Source: Pseudovirgaria hyperparasitica
Lineage: Eukaryota
DNA length: 64,000 nt
NCBI GenBank assembly: GCA_010093815.1
Contig: ML996568.1
Strand: one strand, 5' to 3'
A model generated the notes under the pieces. The model was not told the origin of the DNA. It searched no databases and worked only from the letters and a program-made list of their open reading frames with translations. Shown here one piece after another: positions 11,610 to 23,909 of this stretch (within the stretch, counting starts at the first letter, position 1; every line of letters begins with the position of its first letter). Both the position numbers and the translations under genes were made by a program.

Positions 11610-13730
11610 CTAACCTTCCTCTTCTTCATCACTGTCCAACGGCGGAGGGGCAGGTAAGCTCCAGAGACCCAGACTGGCTGGTGCCATGGAACAACGTCGA
11701 CCCTTGTCAACTCCGAATTGTGAGTCCTCAACTAGCTCGATCGGAGGGGATGATAGTGGAGGTGGGAGTATTTGAATCGGAGATGAAGGTATGATCAGAT
11801 CGGGCGGACGTGCAAGAGACTCTCCACTGTTTGCTGCAGTGCTTAGAGGCGGGACTTGTTGGGAAGAGTTGCATGTCACAGTTGTAGTGACAAGAGACTG
11901 CGTTGCTTGAGTGATGTCGATAGTCGTGGCTTGTGATGGGTATCTCATCGCGCGCTGTTTGAGATGTCTGCCTGCTTTCCGTTGACTGTAAGTCTTCATC
12001 TCTTCGTGCAATTGCGCTTCTGCCTGCGAGCTTCCGCTACCTTGGGATTGCTCCTGAACACTTCTGTTTTCCGAAACGGGCATACCCTTTTTCTCCGCGA
12101 TGGGAAGCCGCGGTAAAGGATCTGGACCATGCCATGGGCAGGCAGGAGAATCTAGGTCAATGGAGTGAAGTTCTGACTCGTGGTGACAAGCAGCAGAAAT
12201 ATCTTGCACCTGTAATCCATACGTTGGTTTCGAACACGCAGTTGAAACACAGACCGGATTGGCCCTGGAACTTCCATTCTGTGACCCTTGCGTTTGTGCT
12301 AGCTTTGAGAGCCTGTCTCCGTCTTCCGATCCTACAATTGCATTACTATTGGAGCCCAGGTCTGCTTCAGAATCCTCATCCATCGTGACCAAGTTATGGC
12401 CTTGCGACTCATCTACAAGTTCTTCGTCTTGTGACGGTGGAATGACATTTCGGAACATGGTGCGCTTGTTGACTTGCGTACTGGTACTTGTTCGTTGGTT
12501 AGCCTTGGGAACCGCATCAACCATCTGCAGACTTTGCGGCGCAGGGGAAGAGACTGTGATATTGGCTGAGCTCAGAGGCTCATCTTTGATCTGAGTACTG
12601 CCACTAGAAGAGCCTGACGCAGAGTCCGCGAAGAGCACTCTTTGAGTTCTTCTGCTCTTTGAAGGAGTTTCCTGAACGATTTCTCGTACCCGTGCATTGA
12701 CCGGCGAGTCGTAGAATCGATCTGTTCCTAGCGTTGTGATCGCAGAAGATGCTGGTGACTGCGAAGACGGAATTTCTCGTCGTTTAGATTTCTGCGGAGT
12801 AGCAAGTACATGGCCGGTGGAGTGCATAGATCGTCGTTTTTCGGGTGACACAATATTGGGATTAATGTTATCTTGATTCTGAGTGATTTGGGTAGCCAGT
12901 AAAGCTCGCCTTCGGGCATGTCTAATATCATCTGGTACTCGAAGAGCATCTTTTGAGGCCGGACTCCAGTCGGAAGCCATAGGTATGGCATCAGAGGCGA
13001 CGCTGTGTGTATCGTCCTGAGTACCCAGCTCAACATCGGTGCCAGTGCCCTGTACGGCCCATTCATCCTGGTCCTCAGCGTCATTCATAGCCATTTCCTC
13101 ATCGTCCGATGCAGGGACTTCTAGCATCTGCGTCAACGTGCGCTGCTTATGCCGTTGTAAACTATCTTTCTTCTTCCTCCGTGTGGCGGCAGAGCCTGCT
13201 GGGGTCACTGAACGGGCTGAAAGGACAGTATCCTCAGTCAGAAAGTCTTCCAGTTGAGTCAGGGTGCTTTGACTCCTAGAGGTATGCCTTCTTTCCATAG
13301 CATTACGGGAGGTGTCGCCGTGTGCACTGAAATCGTCATCGTCAGATGGGGTGGCTATAAGTCTAACTCGTCTTCGTCTTGGTCCTCGATTATTGCCTGC
13401 CCTTTGTCCGTCGTACACGGTTGGGCCAACAGCCGGCGTGGGACCATCAGTATCACCGAACAGCAATGTTCCTTCTCCCTCCTTTTCTTCGTCCCCTTCT
13501 TCTTCTTCCCCTTCTTCTTCTTCAGATTGCACTTCACGTCCATTCTCGAGCCATTGCGCCTGTGTCAAGGTCTTCTGTCTCTTCTTCTCCGGCGTTTCTG
13601 GAATAACCCTGCGTATGCTCCTTCGTTTCGGACGGAAGCGTCGTTGTCTCTTTACGGTGCCAGATTGGTATACCGTAGATGAAGAATTAAGTCGACGACG
13701 TTTGGAAGATTGAAGCCCTGCTTCTGACAT
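11610..13730 (-). CDS. Hypothetical low-complexity nuclear protein (~706 aa), candidate DNA replication/repair scaffold
   Basis: Uninterrupted 2.1-kb ORF; first ATG at 13730 (MSEAGLQSSKRRRL); basic NLS-like clusters, acidic tracts, repeated QxTLTQ and many S/T-P and S/T-Q sites. Confidence 0.75.
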   Translation of the reverse strand: MSEAGLQSSKRRRLNSSSTVYQSGTVKRQRRFRPKRRSIRRVIPETPEKKRQKTLTQAQWLENGREVQSEEEEGEEEEGDEEKEGEGTLLFGDTDGPTPAVGPTVYDGQRAGNNRGPRRRRVRLIATPSDDDDFSAHGDTSRNAMERRHTSRSQSTLTQLEDFLTEDTVLSARSVTPAGSAATRRKKKDSLQRHKQRTLTQMLEVPASDDEEMAMNDAEDQDEWAVQGTGTDVELGTQDDTHSVASDAIPMASDWSPASKDALRVPDDIRHARRRALLATQITQNQDNINPNIVSPEKRRSMHSTGHVLATPQKSKRREIPSSQSPASSAITTLGTDRFYDSPVNARVREIVQETPSKSRRTQRVLFADSASGSSSGSTQIKDEPLSSANITVSSPAPQSLQMVDAVPKANQRTSTSTQVNKRTMFRNVIPPSQDEELVDESQGHNLVTMDEDSEADLGSNSNAIVGSEDGDRLSKLAQTQGSQNGSSRANPVCVSTACSKPTYGLQVQDISAACHHESELHSIDLDSPACPWHGPDPLPRLPIAEKKGMPVSENRSVQEQSQGSGSSQAEAQLHEEMKTYSQRKAGRHLKQRAMRYPSQATTIDITQATQSLVTTTVTCNSSQQVPPLSTAANSGESLARPPDLIIPSSPIQILPPPLSSPPIELVEDSQFGVDKGRRCSMAPASLGLWSLPAPPPLDSDEEEEG

Positions 13731-13905
13731 GGCGTGTTTGGTCAACTTGTCGTCAAGCGGAGAGCTCTTGAACAAAAGACTTCGGACGAACACAGCATTT
13801 TCTCAATCTATGAGATCATAAGAGCAATATGCTTGGGAAACGGATTGTATCCTTTGCCATGTAGGCCAAACTGCTATCGACAATTGGCGTGATTGATGAT
13901 TGAAG

Positions 13906-13911
13906 ACGCGT
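13906..13911. promoter_or_regulatory. MCB-like element (ACGCGT) upstream of the 706-aa gene
   Basis: Exact ACGCGT ~175 bp upstream of ATG 13730; a single 6-mer, so it may be chance. Confidence 0.3.
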
Positions 13912-14164
13912 TGTGTGTTTGGGCCACGCATTGGCGGTTGGACCAGGCCGGCCTAGGCGGCCCCAACGCACCGCCAGCTGTGACATCACTTCTCTGGCTC
14001 GTATAGTATAGTCCAGCACCCATTCATATAAGCTACTTATGTTCGACTTTGTACATTGATTTTCACATGATGGTTCTTAGGATTGAATGACGCGGACGAC
14101 ATGAGCTAAGTAACACTCTGCGCTGAACAAACTAGGTGGTGAGGCGTTCAACCCAGATATAAAG

Positions 14165-16989
14165 TCATCTTCCGTAGTTGAAGTACTTCATCGTGAACGC
14201 GATCACTATCACTGGGAGAACACTCGCAATCTCTCCTAAACCGGCAAACTCTGGTCTTATCCTTGCCTTGTCAAAAGCTGCAACAAATGCTCCCGCAGCC
14301 AGAAGAATAGCAAACACGTTATATACCGCCGACCACCCAAAATTGAAGAGAATGCGACGGAACGCACTGCGAGAAATGTCTATAGCAGTGATTACGCCTT
14401 GGAGATCAGGGCGCACAAGCACCACATCCGCTGCGGACTTAGCAACTTCAGTGGCTGATCCAGAGTTAATATGTATACCCAGAGTAGCTTGTGCCAAAGC
14501 AACTGCGTCGTTTGTGCCATCACCACAGAAAATCACCGTTGACCCAGGCTTTTTCTCCGTGAGCGAACGCACATAAGCCTGCTTATCGGCAGGCCCTGCG
14601 CCTGCCACAACATTTTCACTATCGATATTTAGAACAGTCGCTGTATGTCGAACAGCAATATCGTCATCTCCGCTAAGAATATGAACCATAATACCTCGCT
14701 CTTTCAGCTCTCGGACCACTCTGGGAGCTTCAGGACGAATAGTATCCCTCAGACCGAAGATTGCGACCAGATATTGATCATATTCGACGCAGAAGGTTGT
14801 CAATCCTTCACGGAGCATGGCTTGGACGTGAGTGTTGGTTTCAACATGAAGCCAGCGTGCGTTACCGGCACGTATCTGAGAGTCCTGGACACGACCTTCA
14901 ATGCCACACCCAGGTATGACATCGATGGAGTCCAGTCTGTTGGGCTTGACGCCGCTTGCTGCGAGAGCTTCCGCGATCGCAATCGAGACAGGATGCTTCG
15001 CGTCCTGGGTCATTCCCAGCAGGAAGCCCTCTGTCATGGACTTCTCAAAGCCAAGGTAGAACTGCCGAACAACGCTCATTCGTCCTTGAGTCAACGTGCC
15101 AGTCTTGTCGAAAACAACATCCGTAGTCTTACGCGCGATTTCGATCGTCTGCGGCGACTTAAATACCACTCCATACTTTGCAGCCACGCCACCTGCAATA
15201 ACGACAACCATGGGCACTGCAAGCCCAATCGCACAGGGACAAGAAATGATCAATGTAGCGATCGCATAGGTCAGCGCATTGACGGCAGCGCTCTTGTGAG
15301 ATATGTGCTGGATAAGGATACCGACTAGAACCCAGGTGACAAAGACAATCAACGTGATCGCAACTATTACTGGAACGAAGTATCCCGCGACAGTATCTGC
15401 AATAGCTTGGGATCTGGGCTTTGTAAGCTCGGCTGCATCTACCATGTCTGCTATTGCACTGATTGTGTTCTGTCCTGGTAGATTTACCAGCTTCACATCA
15501 AGGTTGCCCGTTCCATTCATCGAACCGGCAAGGACGTGGGAGTCTTTTGCCTTCGCCACTGGTATTGGCTCCCCTGTTACCATAGACTCATTGACTTCGG
15601 AACCGCCGTATACGACAATACCATCTGTCACGACACTAGAATGTGGCATAACCCGAAACGTATCACCGAATTGGAGTAGTCTTGCGTCAACAACTCGGAT
15701 GACGTTGCGGTTTCCATTGTCAATCAAAATGGCAGTCTGAGTCTGGAGTGATCTTATTGATATGGACTCGGTTGCTTTCTGCCGTGCAAGCTCACTGATG
15801 AAACGTCCGAGTAAGATGAGCGTAGCTAAAAGGGTACTTGTTTCGAAGAACGTTCCAGTCTCCAATGCATTCCCTGAGACCATGAAAGCGAAAGCAGTCA
15901 CCGAGAAAGCATAAGCTGCCGTGGTGCTCAACACTATCAAGAGATCCATCTCGATGACCCTTGACCGGAATAGGGATTTGAAGGCGCTTGGATAGAATTC
16001 GAAAGCCACACCAACTTGTATCAAGCTTGCTGCAACCAGTGAGACAACCTGATACACAACAGAGCCTTTATGAGGTATTGGCGCCCATGAGAATACAAGC
16101 ACTGGTAGGGTGAGGAAAGCCGAAATGAAGAACAGCCCGCCATCTCGGCGAACTTGTTTCTTTCCTGCTATTAGAGAGGGGTGAGCTTGAGGAGGAGCTA
16201 GCCTAGGCTTTATATCCGCCAGGCGGTGCTCTAAGAGGTCCCTTGCGCCGACCTCAGCAGCGTTATAGTAAATTCGCAGCAGTTGTGGATTATTATTGTC
16301 GGGTCGATCCACGAGCTGCACTCCTGGACACTGTCCGACTTTCATGAGCGCGTCGGGATGTCCAGACAAGATCTCCAAGGCTTGCCCAATGTCGTCGGCC
16401 AACTGCTCAAAACTGTAACTCGTGACCCGCTTCAATTGGGATATAGACTCATCGATCGAGATTACAGATATATCAATTTCGTACTCGGCTCTTGCCAAGA
16501 CCTGACTTGTCTTCTCATTGCGAATCGTAGGTATCCTTCGAAAGGCTTTGATGAGTTTCTTTTCGCATCCACTGCAAGTCATGCCCTGGACGCTAAGCAC
16601 AACCTTCTCGAAAGCACCAGATCCTCTTTCTGTGTCGACCCCGACAGGTCCAGAATCGAGTATGTCTTCTAGAAACATCGAGCTTTGCTTATCGCTGCAA
16701 CAGCTTTTCTTCGAACCGTGGCTGGAATGATGCGAGTGCACATCTTGCTGATCATTGTGTATATGAGGAGGTTTTCGCTTGCACGGACGCTCATTGCGTC
16801 GATACCAAAGGCCGAGACTGCGCATTTTGAGGTAACCTGGTTATGATTTAGCAGAGATGGAGGATTCTCAATCTGTTTACGTGGTACGAGAAGTCGGCGT
16901 GGGTCGTTATAAGGATACAGCGTATGAGTGATTTTCAAAAGCAATGTTGAAGGATATTGTTCGAACGCGTTAATACCGCTTGCGTACAT
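14165..16989 (-). CDS. PCA1: P1B-type heavy-metal (Cd/Cu) transporting ATPase, Pca1/PcaA-like; 5' end uncertain
   Basis: GMTCSGC metal-binding domain, TGE, CPC, DKTGT, HP, GDGTND and YN motifs. The last helix GLGEIASVLPVI resembles Pca1 rather than the MxxSS of Ccc2-type pumps. A probable 44-nt intron at 16880-16837 links to an upstream exon beginning at ATG 16989. Confidence 0.85.
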
Positions 16990-18049
16990 AGAGCGTCAGT
17001 AGGTCTTGCAGCGAGTAAGGAGTACTTTCATCCGAAGCGGACTTCAGAGTAAACATGTAGTAGCCTCCAACTGCCACTACCGGGCACCAGCATAGCACTT
17101 GGATCACCTATTCATCTTCCTAGCTCTTGTTGTGTGACCTACCTAGGCAGTCTCATGGTCCGCGCCTCCCCATAGTTGACCCAGGTATCCCCGTACTAAG
17201 ATATTATCCGCGCTGATACTTGCCATCTTATCATGTTCATGCACACGCTATCGGCAAGAAAGAATTTCGCAGGGTGGACGGGTGGTCACACTGTCGGAGA
17301 GGTAGTAGGCTTTCGGCGACATGAAGCACAGCAAACCATTTGGAATCCCGACGGTTACGCAGACGACACTTGTATGGGAGCATGAATTTGTATCATGACC
17401 TGCCCTATTTCCACAATCACACCAATTACTCTGGGCGAATCACTAGACGAAGCTTAGAGCCAGTGCAGTGCTTTTGTGAGTCTTGGTGGCACCCAGGTGT
17501 TCGACTCGACCTCAGAGTGCCGGTGTCGAACTCCAAGAACGCATCGTCACCAACCCTTTTTCTATCAAACAACAGCTATGGGGAGAGAGGCGGCTGTATC
17601 ACTGTAAGGGGTCCGACCCTGGCACATGATTGATGAGGGGCTGCGCCTGATTGGGATTATCATCCGATAGATGTTAATTATCTCGAGTCCGAGAGTTGAC
17701 GTTGAGTCTCTGGTGTTAATTAGTGCCTTAGGCAACATAATATCGGACCGACCTACCTAGACACGTGATAGTGTGCAACATAGACCGAAAACGTCATGGT
17801 CATTCTATTACCCGCGTTCATTCACCTTTCTACTTTCAGCGGCCCGTGCAGGGTTCTTCTCGTCCACCCGGTCCATCAGCACGTCGCGCTGTTCGAGACT
17901 TGATGTCCTCACCTCCAGCAGACCCCCGACGAGTCTATAACTACTGTGGGATGCGCTGATAATGCGGCACCGTGCCCACCTAAAAGCTACGCTTGATGCG
18001 GACAACTAGTCTTGGATACCTCATCGGCGCGCTGCGTTCGGCCGCATAG

Positions 18050-21000
18050 ATGGCACCTGGCAGACCTATGAAAGGCAATGCGAAAAGAGCACGTAGTATC
18101 GCTCGACACCTAAAAAGACCGAGAAATGAAGACGTCCCAGATGTGTATCAAGGACTTCTTGAGGAAGCGTCCATGTCTTCGACTTCACAGGCGTCGCTGG
18201 AAAGCGATAGGCCATTGAAGAAGCGCCGCTTTACGAAAAAGAAAGCCTCGAACTTCGCGACCCCTACTCTGCTCAAATCGCAACAGCTAGATGATCTCAT
18301 GTCTCCTGCTACGCATATCAAAGACAATTCTGATCTCCATGTAGATGGAAGGCGGTTGCAGACAGTGCTCGACGACTACAGTGACTCAAATGACAGTGAT
18401 ATGGAATGGGAAGATGTTGACCTACACCCACAAGCACAGTCAGATGAAGGAGCTCAAAATGAAGAGCCAAATGTTGTTGACATATCTATTGTTCTGGGTG
18501 CTGAACAGAATGCACTTGAACGAAGGAGACCTAAACGCAAAGGTATCACCGCAGCGGAACGTAGCTTGAGGCTCGATATCCATAAGATGCACGTATCGTG
18601 TCTCATCTACCATGCTTATCTGAGAAACTCATGGTGTAACGATTGCGAGGCCCAGGTACGTACTGCTCAGCCCCATACCCCTGTATACACTGACGCAAAT
18701 CTAGGCTGTGCTAAAGGCCCTTATACCTCCCAAGATCGTAACTTTGTTACTCCCTGATCCAGAATGGCCCCAAATGCGTATGTCGCAGTCTTTCCGCGAG
18801 GGCTTGAATACCTTGAAAATCTTCTGGAATTCTACATTTCGTATCAATGCGCAAGGGATGTACCGACCCCGTTGGTACACATCAGGGCAAGATACCCAGC
18901 CTGTCCGTCACATACTGCTTTATCCACAAGACAGGACTAATTGGGACTAGGTCATCTCTTCCCAGAGTGGCGATCCACCAATGGATCGTGGGCTCTTCCG
19001 CGATGCGGCCCTCAGACTCAACGGCTCGCAAGACATTGGTGCACAGCTCCTTTGCACGCTTCTACGCGCCATCGGTGTAGAAGCACGGCTAGTCTGCTCT
19101 CTGCAATGTCTTCCGATAACTGCAGGACTGCCTCAGACAGCAGCATCAAGTCCACTCAATGGCAAGGAGACCGTCTATCTCGACACTGCAACGGATATTA
19201 AAAGACCATCACAGGAAGATCAGGAGCTACAACCTACTCCTAACAAGTCACTATCGACATCAACACCTATTAAGAGAATCAGCAGGATAGGACGCCCAAC
19301 CCAGGCCGCCACTACGATCGACAAAGGGAAGGCCCCAAAAATCACTGCGAGTGAGTAGTTATACTTGGACCAATTACATTCCGCTTATAAATTCAGTACC
19401 AAAGTCGAAACCCCTTGTGAAACCACACTATCCCGTCTTCTGGGTTGAAGCATTCGACGCAGCACACCAAAGATGGATATCGGTCGATCCTTTGGCAACG
19501 TTCACGTTGGATAAACCAATGAGACTCGAACCTCCCCTCCAGTCGCATTCCAACGTGATGACTTATGTCATTGCCTACGAAGAAGATGGCACAGCTCGAG
19601 ATGTGACCAGGAGATATGCCAAAGCCTATAACGCTAAGACACGTAAGACCCGCGTGGAGAATACCGATGGTGGCATCGACTGGCTTAGGCAGGTTATGAA
19701 ACCATTCAAGAGGTCGAAACCCCTTGACCGAGACCAGTTAGAGGATGCGGCGTTAGCTCGACAAGAGGCGGCAGAAGGCCTCCCTAAAAACATACAAGAC
19801 TTCAAGGACCACCCGGTCTATGTTCTGGAGAGACATCTCAGACGAAATGAGGTCCTCTATCCAAAAAATGAAGTTGGAAAAGTTAACGTAGGCTCAGCCT
19901 TGTCAAAAAAGATAGAGAGTGTATTTCGAAGGACCAATGTGCATGTGGTCCGCAGTGCTGACAAGTGGTATCGTCTTGGAAGAGAGGTTATACCCGGAGA
20001 ACAACCCCTTAAACACGCGCTTCCTCGGCCCAAAGGAGGTATGGCCAGAGACGAGAATGATTCTGATGACAATCCAATTTCAGAGATTGGATTATATGCG
20101 GCCTACCAGACCAAATTATACGTTCCACCACCCGTTGTACGAGGCCGAATACCAAAGAACACTTTTGGCAACCTGGACATTTATACCCCTACAATGGTAC
20201 CGCCAGGAGGTATACATATACTGCATGCCGATGCAAGTAAAGCTGCTCGTATCGTGGGCGTCGATTACGCTGATGCTGTCACGGGGTTTTCTTTCCATGG
20301 GCGCGTCGGTACAGCGGTGATCCAAGGTTGTGTAATTGCCGCTGAATATCGTGAAGCCGTGGAAACCGTGATCGATGGGTTGGCCTATGCTCAAGAAAAG
20401 GTAGAGATGTCCAAGCGCGTCTCTCATGCTCTATATCTGTGGCGTCGCTTCCATCTAGGTTTGAAGATCGTCGAACGGGTCAAAGCATATGCGAGTGACG
20501 AAGAACATGTTGATGTGCAAGCTCAGATTGATGTCACAGAGCTGCAGCAGGCTGCACATGATGCAACAGAGGCTCGATATGTGGAGGCATATGAGGGTGG
20601 TGGATTTTTTCCCGGTGAGGCTGGAGATGAAGAGATGGCGTTGCCTACATCTCATCGAGCCTCCTCCAGACTCATAGATAATCACGAAGACAATATCGAA
20701 GAGGAGGCTGCCAATGACAACGTATTGAACGATGAGGATGAAGACATCGGTGGCGGGTTCTTACCTGATGAGATCCAACATGATAGTGGTGGATTCTTTC
20801 CTGACGTTAATGTTACCTATGATGGCGGCTCTATTCTCAAGGAGTCAGAAAGCGGCCCGGCACGTATGCACCTTACCAGTCGCATGGAAGAACCTGTGCG
20901 TTCCCATGAGCATAGCACAAATGACAGCTTGCGATCGCATACTCAGTACACAGATCCGAAGCCCAGCAAACCCGACGAGCATGCTGCGGACGCCTCCGTG

Positions 21001-21381
21001 ACTTCGACTTTGCCTTTACAAGATAATAGTGCGCTACAACCTGAGAAAACTGGAAACCCCATGGCCGACCAAGTTTTGACAGACCAGACACAAACCGGGA
21101 AAGATACATTGATGTCTGGGGCTCTTGACATATCATACCTCCACTTCGGTCCGAACGTTACCCTCTGCCGAGAAAATAACACTGAAGAACTCGGACCAGA
21201 AAGAAGTGACTTGCATAGTCCTGAGGCCAAAGAATACGAGGACAGCGGGTCTACTACTTTCCCCCGTTCCAACCCGAAGGAAGAGCATATGCCGGTTTCC
21301 AGCCCTCCAGATAGTGACCAAGGCTCACTACTTTCTCACGATCCAGAAGATGAAGATGCGGAGCCCGAGTGGCTCTATTAG
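18050..21381 (+). CDS. RAD4: DNA repair protein Rad4/XPC, 4 exons (introns 18656-18704, 18903-18950, 19351-19396)
   Basis: DMEWEDV acidic motif, HKMHV, LLRAIGVEARLVCSLQ, PVFWVEAF, DVTRRY, FKDHPVYVLERHL, IPKNTFGNLDIY and YADAVTGFSF (transglutaminase-like and BHD1-3 regions); GT-AG introns splice in frame. Confidence 0.93.
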
Positions 21382-22228
21382 GCAGAAAATCCAATGACGA
21401 TATCATAAAAGCCTATCCAATTGCTTCAATTCGTGATATTACGTGTTCTTGATCCTTCCTCGTATCGTATACGTGATCGACACACTCCCACTCGTCAGTG
21501 GCAATTTTTGAGCAAGGTGAATTTCGCAGCAGTCTTCATACAATGAATGCTATTTACACATACTCATGTCTTGTATAGCATAGATGTACAGTAATAACTC
21601 GAAGACGTAGCACCAATATTACAAATATTCAACGGTATACCTGCCTGTAGAGATAGCATAGCGAAACCTCGCTACCACCGTTACCCTCCATTGTCTCTCG
21701 TATTTGGCGTCTCAGAACCCGTTGGCAAGGCTACTTATGGCACTAATATGTATGACACAACGAAAAGCCTGCTACGTCAGCCACCACACAACTTGAGTGT
21801 AAGGGTGATTTTTTCCATCGCCCCACCGAGCTCGTGTAGTTGTGGCCAATGTGGTTAGATTTGACTATCATGAACTGTTCTATCTCGAGTTAGTCCCAAT
21901 AAGGAAGGTCAATCATACTTGCATAGCTGAGGTCGATAGAGTGATTCCCTGTGGTTTCGAAACGTGTCTCGCATGCTGAATGGATATTGGAGTGCCCACC
22001 CACTAATAGACTATTCATAGCACCATTGGCTCACATTACACAACGAGGGCAAGCGAGAAGGCGATGATGTCGGATCTCATCCCAATGGTCCTCAACACGG
22101 TCAAGTAACGGGTATTGGAAATGTAACTTCTCGTATTCTCTGGACATATAAGACCCCCTAATTTTTGAAGGACCTAGGTGCTATCCTCCACTTTCAGCTT
22201 CACATCATTCGTAAATATAGCACTCAAC

Positions 22229-23056
22229 ATGAGGTTCTCCACGGCCCTTTTCGGACTTTTGTCCGCCCTATCGGTGGCTTTGGCGTCGCCAGTTGGCTTC
22301 GAAAAGCGTGCAACCGTAGAAGGCTTTGACATCTCCCACTACCAAAGCTCAGTCGACTTCGCTGGAGCGTACAATGCCGGGCTTCGTTTTGTATTGATCA
22401 AGGCCACGGAGGGCACTACATACAAAGACCCTGCAGTATGGCAGCAACCTCCCCGTCTGTTGTAGTACATCTTGTACTTGTGCGTCTGTATCATCATTCT
22501 AACAAGCTAACAAGCTGTATAGTTCTCCTCGCATTACAATGGCGCGACTACAGCAGGCTTTATCCGTGGCGGTTATCATTTTGCCAGACCTAGCTCAAGC
22601 AGCGGTGCAGTTCAAGCCTCTTTCTTTGCTAAGAACGGGGGCGGCTGGAGTAACGACGGTCGGACTCTTCCTGGTATGCTCGACCTTGAGGGTGACTGCG
22701 CTGGCAAGTCTGCCTCAGCCATGGTATCCTGGATACAGGACTTCGTGGAAACTTATCTCAGTGAGACGGGTCGTCACTGCATAATATATACTAACCGCAG
22801 CTGGTGGCAATCCTGCACGGGTGACTCCACGGCCTTTAGCAACACGAGTCCATTGCATCTGGCGAGCTGGAACAACTCACCAGGAACGATTCCTGGAGGC
22901 TGGGGTGAGCTGATCCACTTGGACTGTAACCATAAACCTAACATCTGTATAGGCTACCAGACCATCTGGCAATATAATGACCACTCTTCCTGGGGAGGCG
23001 ACTCGGATAGGTTTAATGGCGATGCGACACAGCTTCGAAAGCTTGCTATGGGATAG
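22229..23056 (+). CDS. Secreted GH25 lysozyme (Chalaropsis-type N,O-diacetylmuramidase), 3 exons (introns 22436-22522, 22905-22952)
   Basis: Signal peptide plus KR propeptide; GFDISHYQ, IKATEG, RGGYHFARP, DGRTLPGMLDLE (DxE), IYT, TIWQY and GDSDRFNG motifs. Confidence 0.92.
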
Positions 23057-23793
23057 AAAATGCTGGCTGGAATATGACTATGTCAAGAAGAAGACCACTT
23101 CGTTCGCTATGTAGATCAGCTGAGATGTGTAGATTGCATAGACTAACTTGCAATACATACAATTGCAGACAGTCTGCGCACACAAAGATATCTTCTAGCA
23201 GCAAAGCACAAGTTGAGCTATCAAGGTACAGAGAACGTCAGTCATGGCATCGTCGAGGCCATTAATTAGACTACCAAACGATTCAATCATATTCCGATAT
23301 GCTTATGCTGAGCGTAATATCTCTTCGGCAGCTATCGAGACAGGAACAGATATTTCCCGACTGAAGGCTACATGCTAAATGCCTAAAACCGGCCGATAAG
23401 ACAGTGTTGGCCATTCCAGCCCAGAAGAATTCATACACGCTGCCATTTCCATCAGTGGCACAATACTAGCTTTATGATTGAGATCATGCCTGATGATAGT
23501 TGTTGATGTTTTGTGAAAGAGTGGATCTTTGTTTGTTGTGAGCATACTGCGAAAGGAAAGGGCTGCGGCCAATGGCGTTGCCAGAGAGGCGGGTGCGGCT
23601 AACAACATCGCGACTTTCGCCGGGAGCTCGGACGTTAATACCTGCCGCCTGTCAACAATCACAAAACACTTTGCTACTCCACTACTTGCAGACCTTTCAC
23701 ACAACGGTCGATTTATTCCCTCTCCTACATACGTCCGACAAGCTTAATTGCTCTCGACCTCCTCCCCGCCAACAATTGTCCCCGTTCACCAAC

Positions 23794-23814
23794 ATGGCGT
23801 ACTTCCTCTCCTAA
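23794..23814 (+). other. Possible upstream ORF (MAYFLS*) in the DBF4 leader
   Basis: AACATGG start context; stops 95 nt before the main ATG; transcription start unknown. Confidence 0.3.
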
Positions 23815-23909
23815 GTGTATTGGACGTGTCTCAAGTCGCGTGCAAGCTGTCTGAACCTGCCCCTCCGGTCTTCAGAGAAGAGCTTTACGCGCCATAGACA
23901 CGTATCCAT

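Noticed and set aside
14645..15328. 227-aa ORF antisense to the metal ATPase, and similar antisense ORFs over TCO89, KRS1 and other genes
   Set aside because: Shadow ORFs of well-supported genes on the opposite strand
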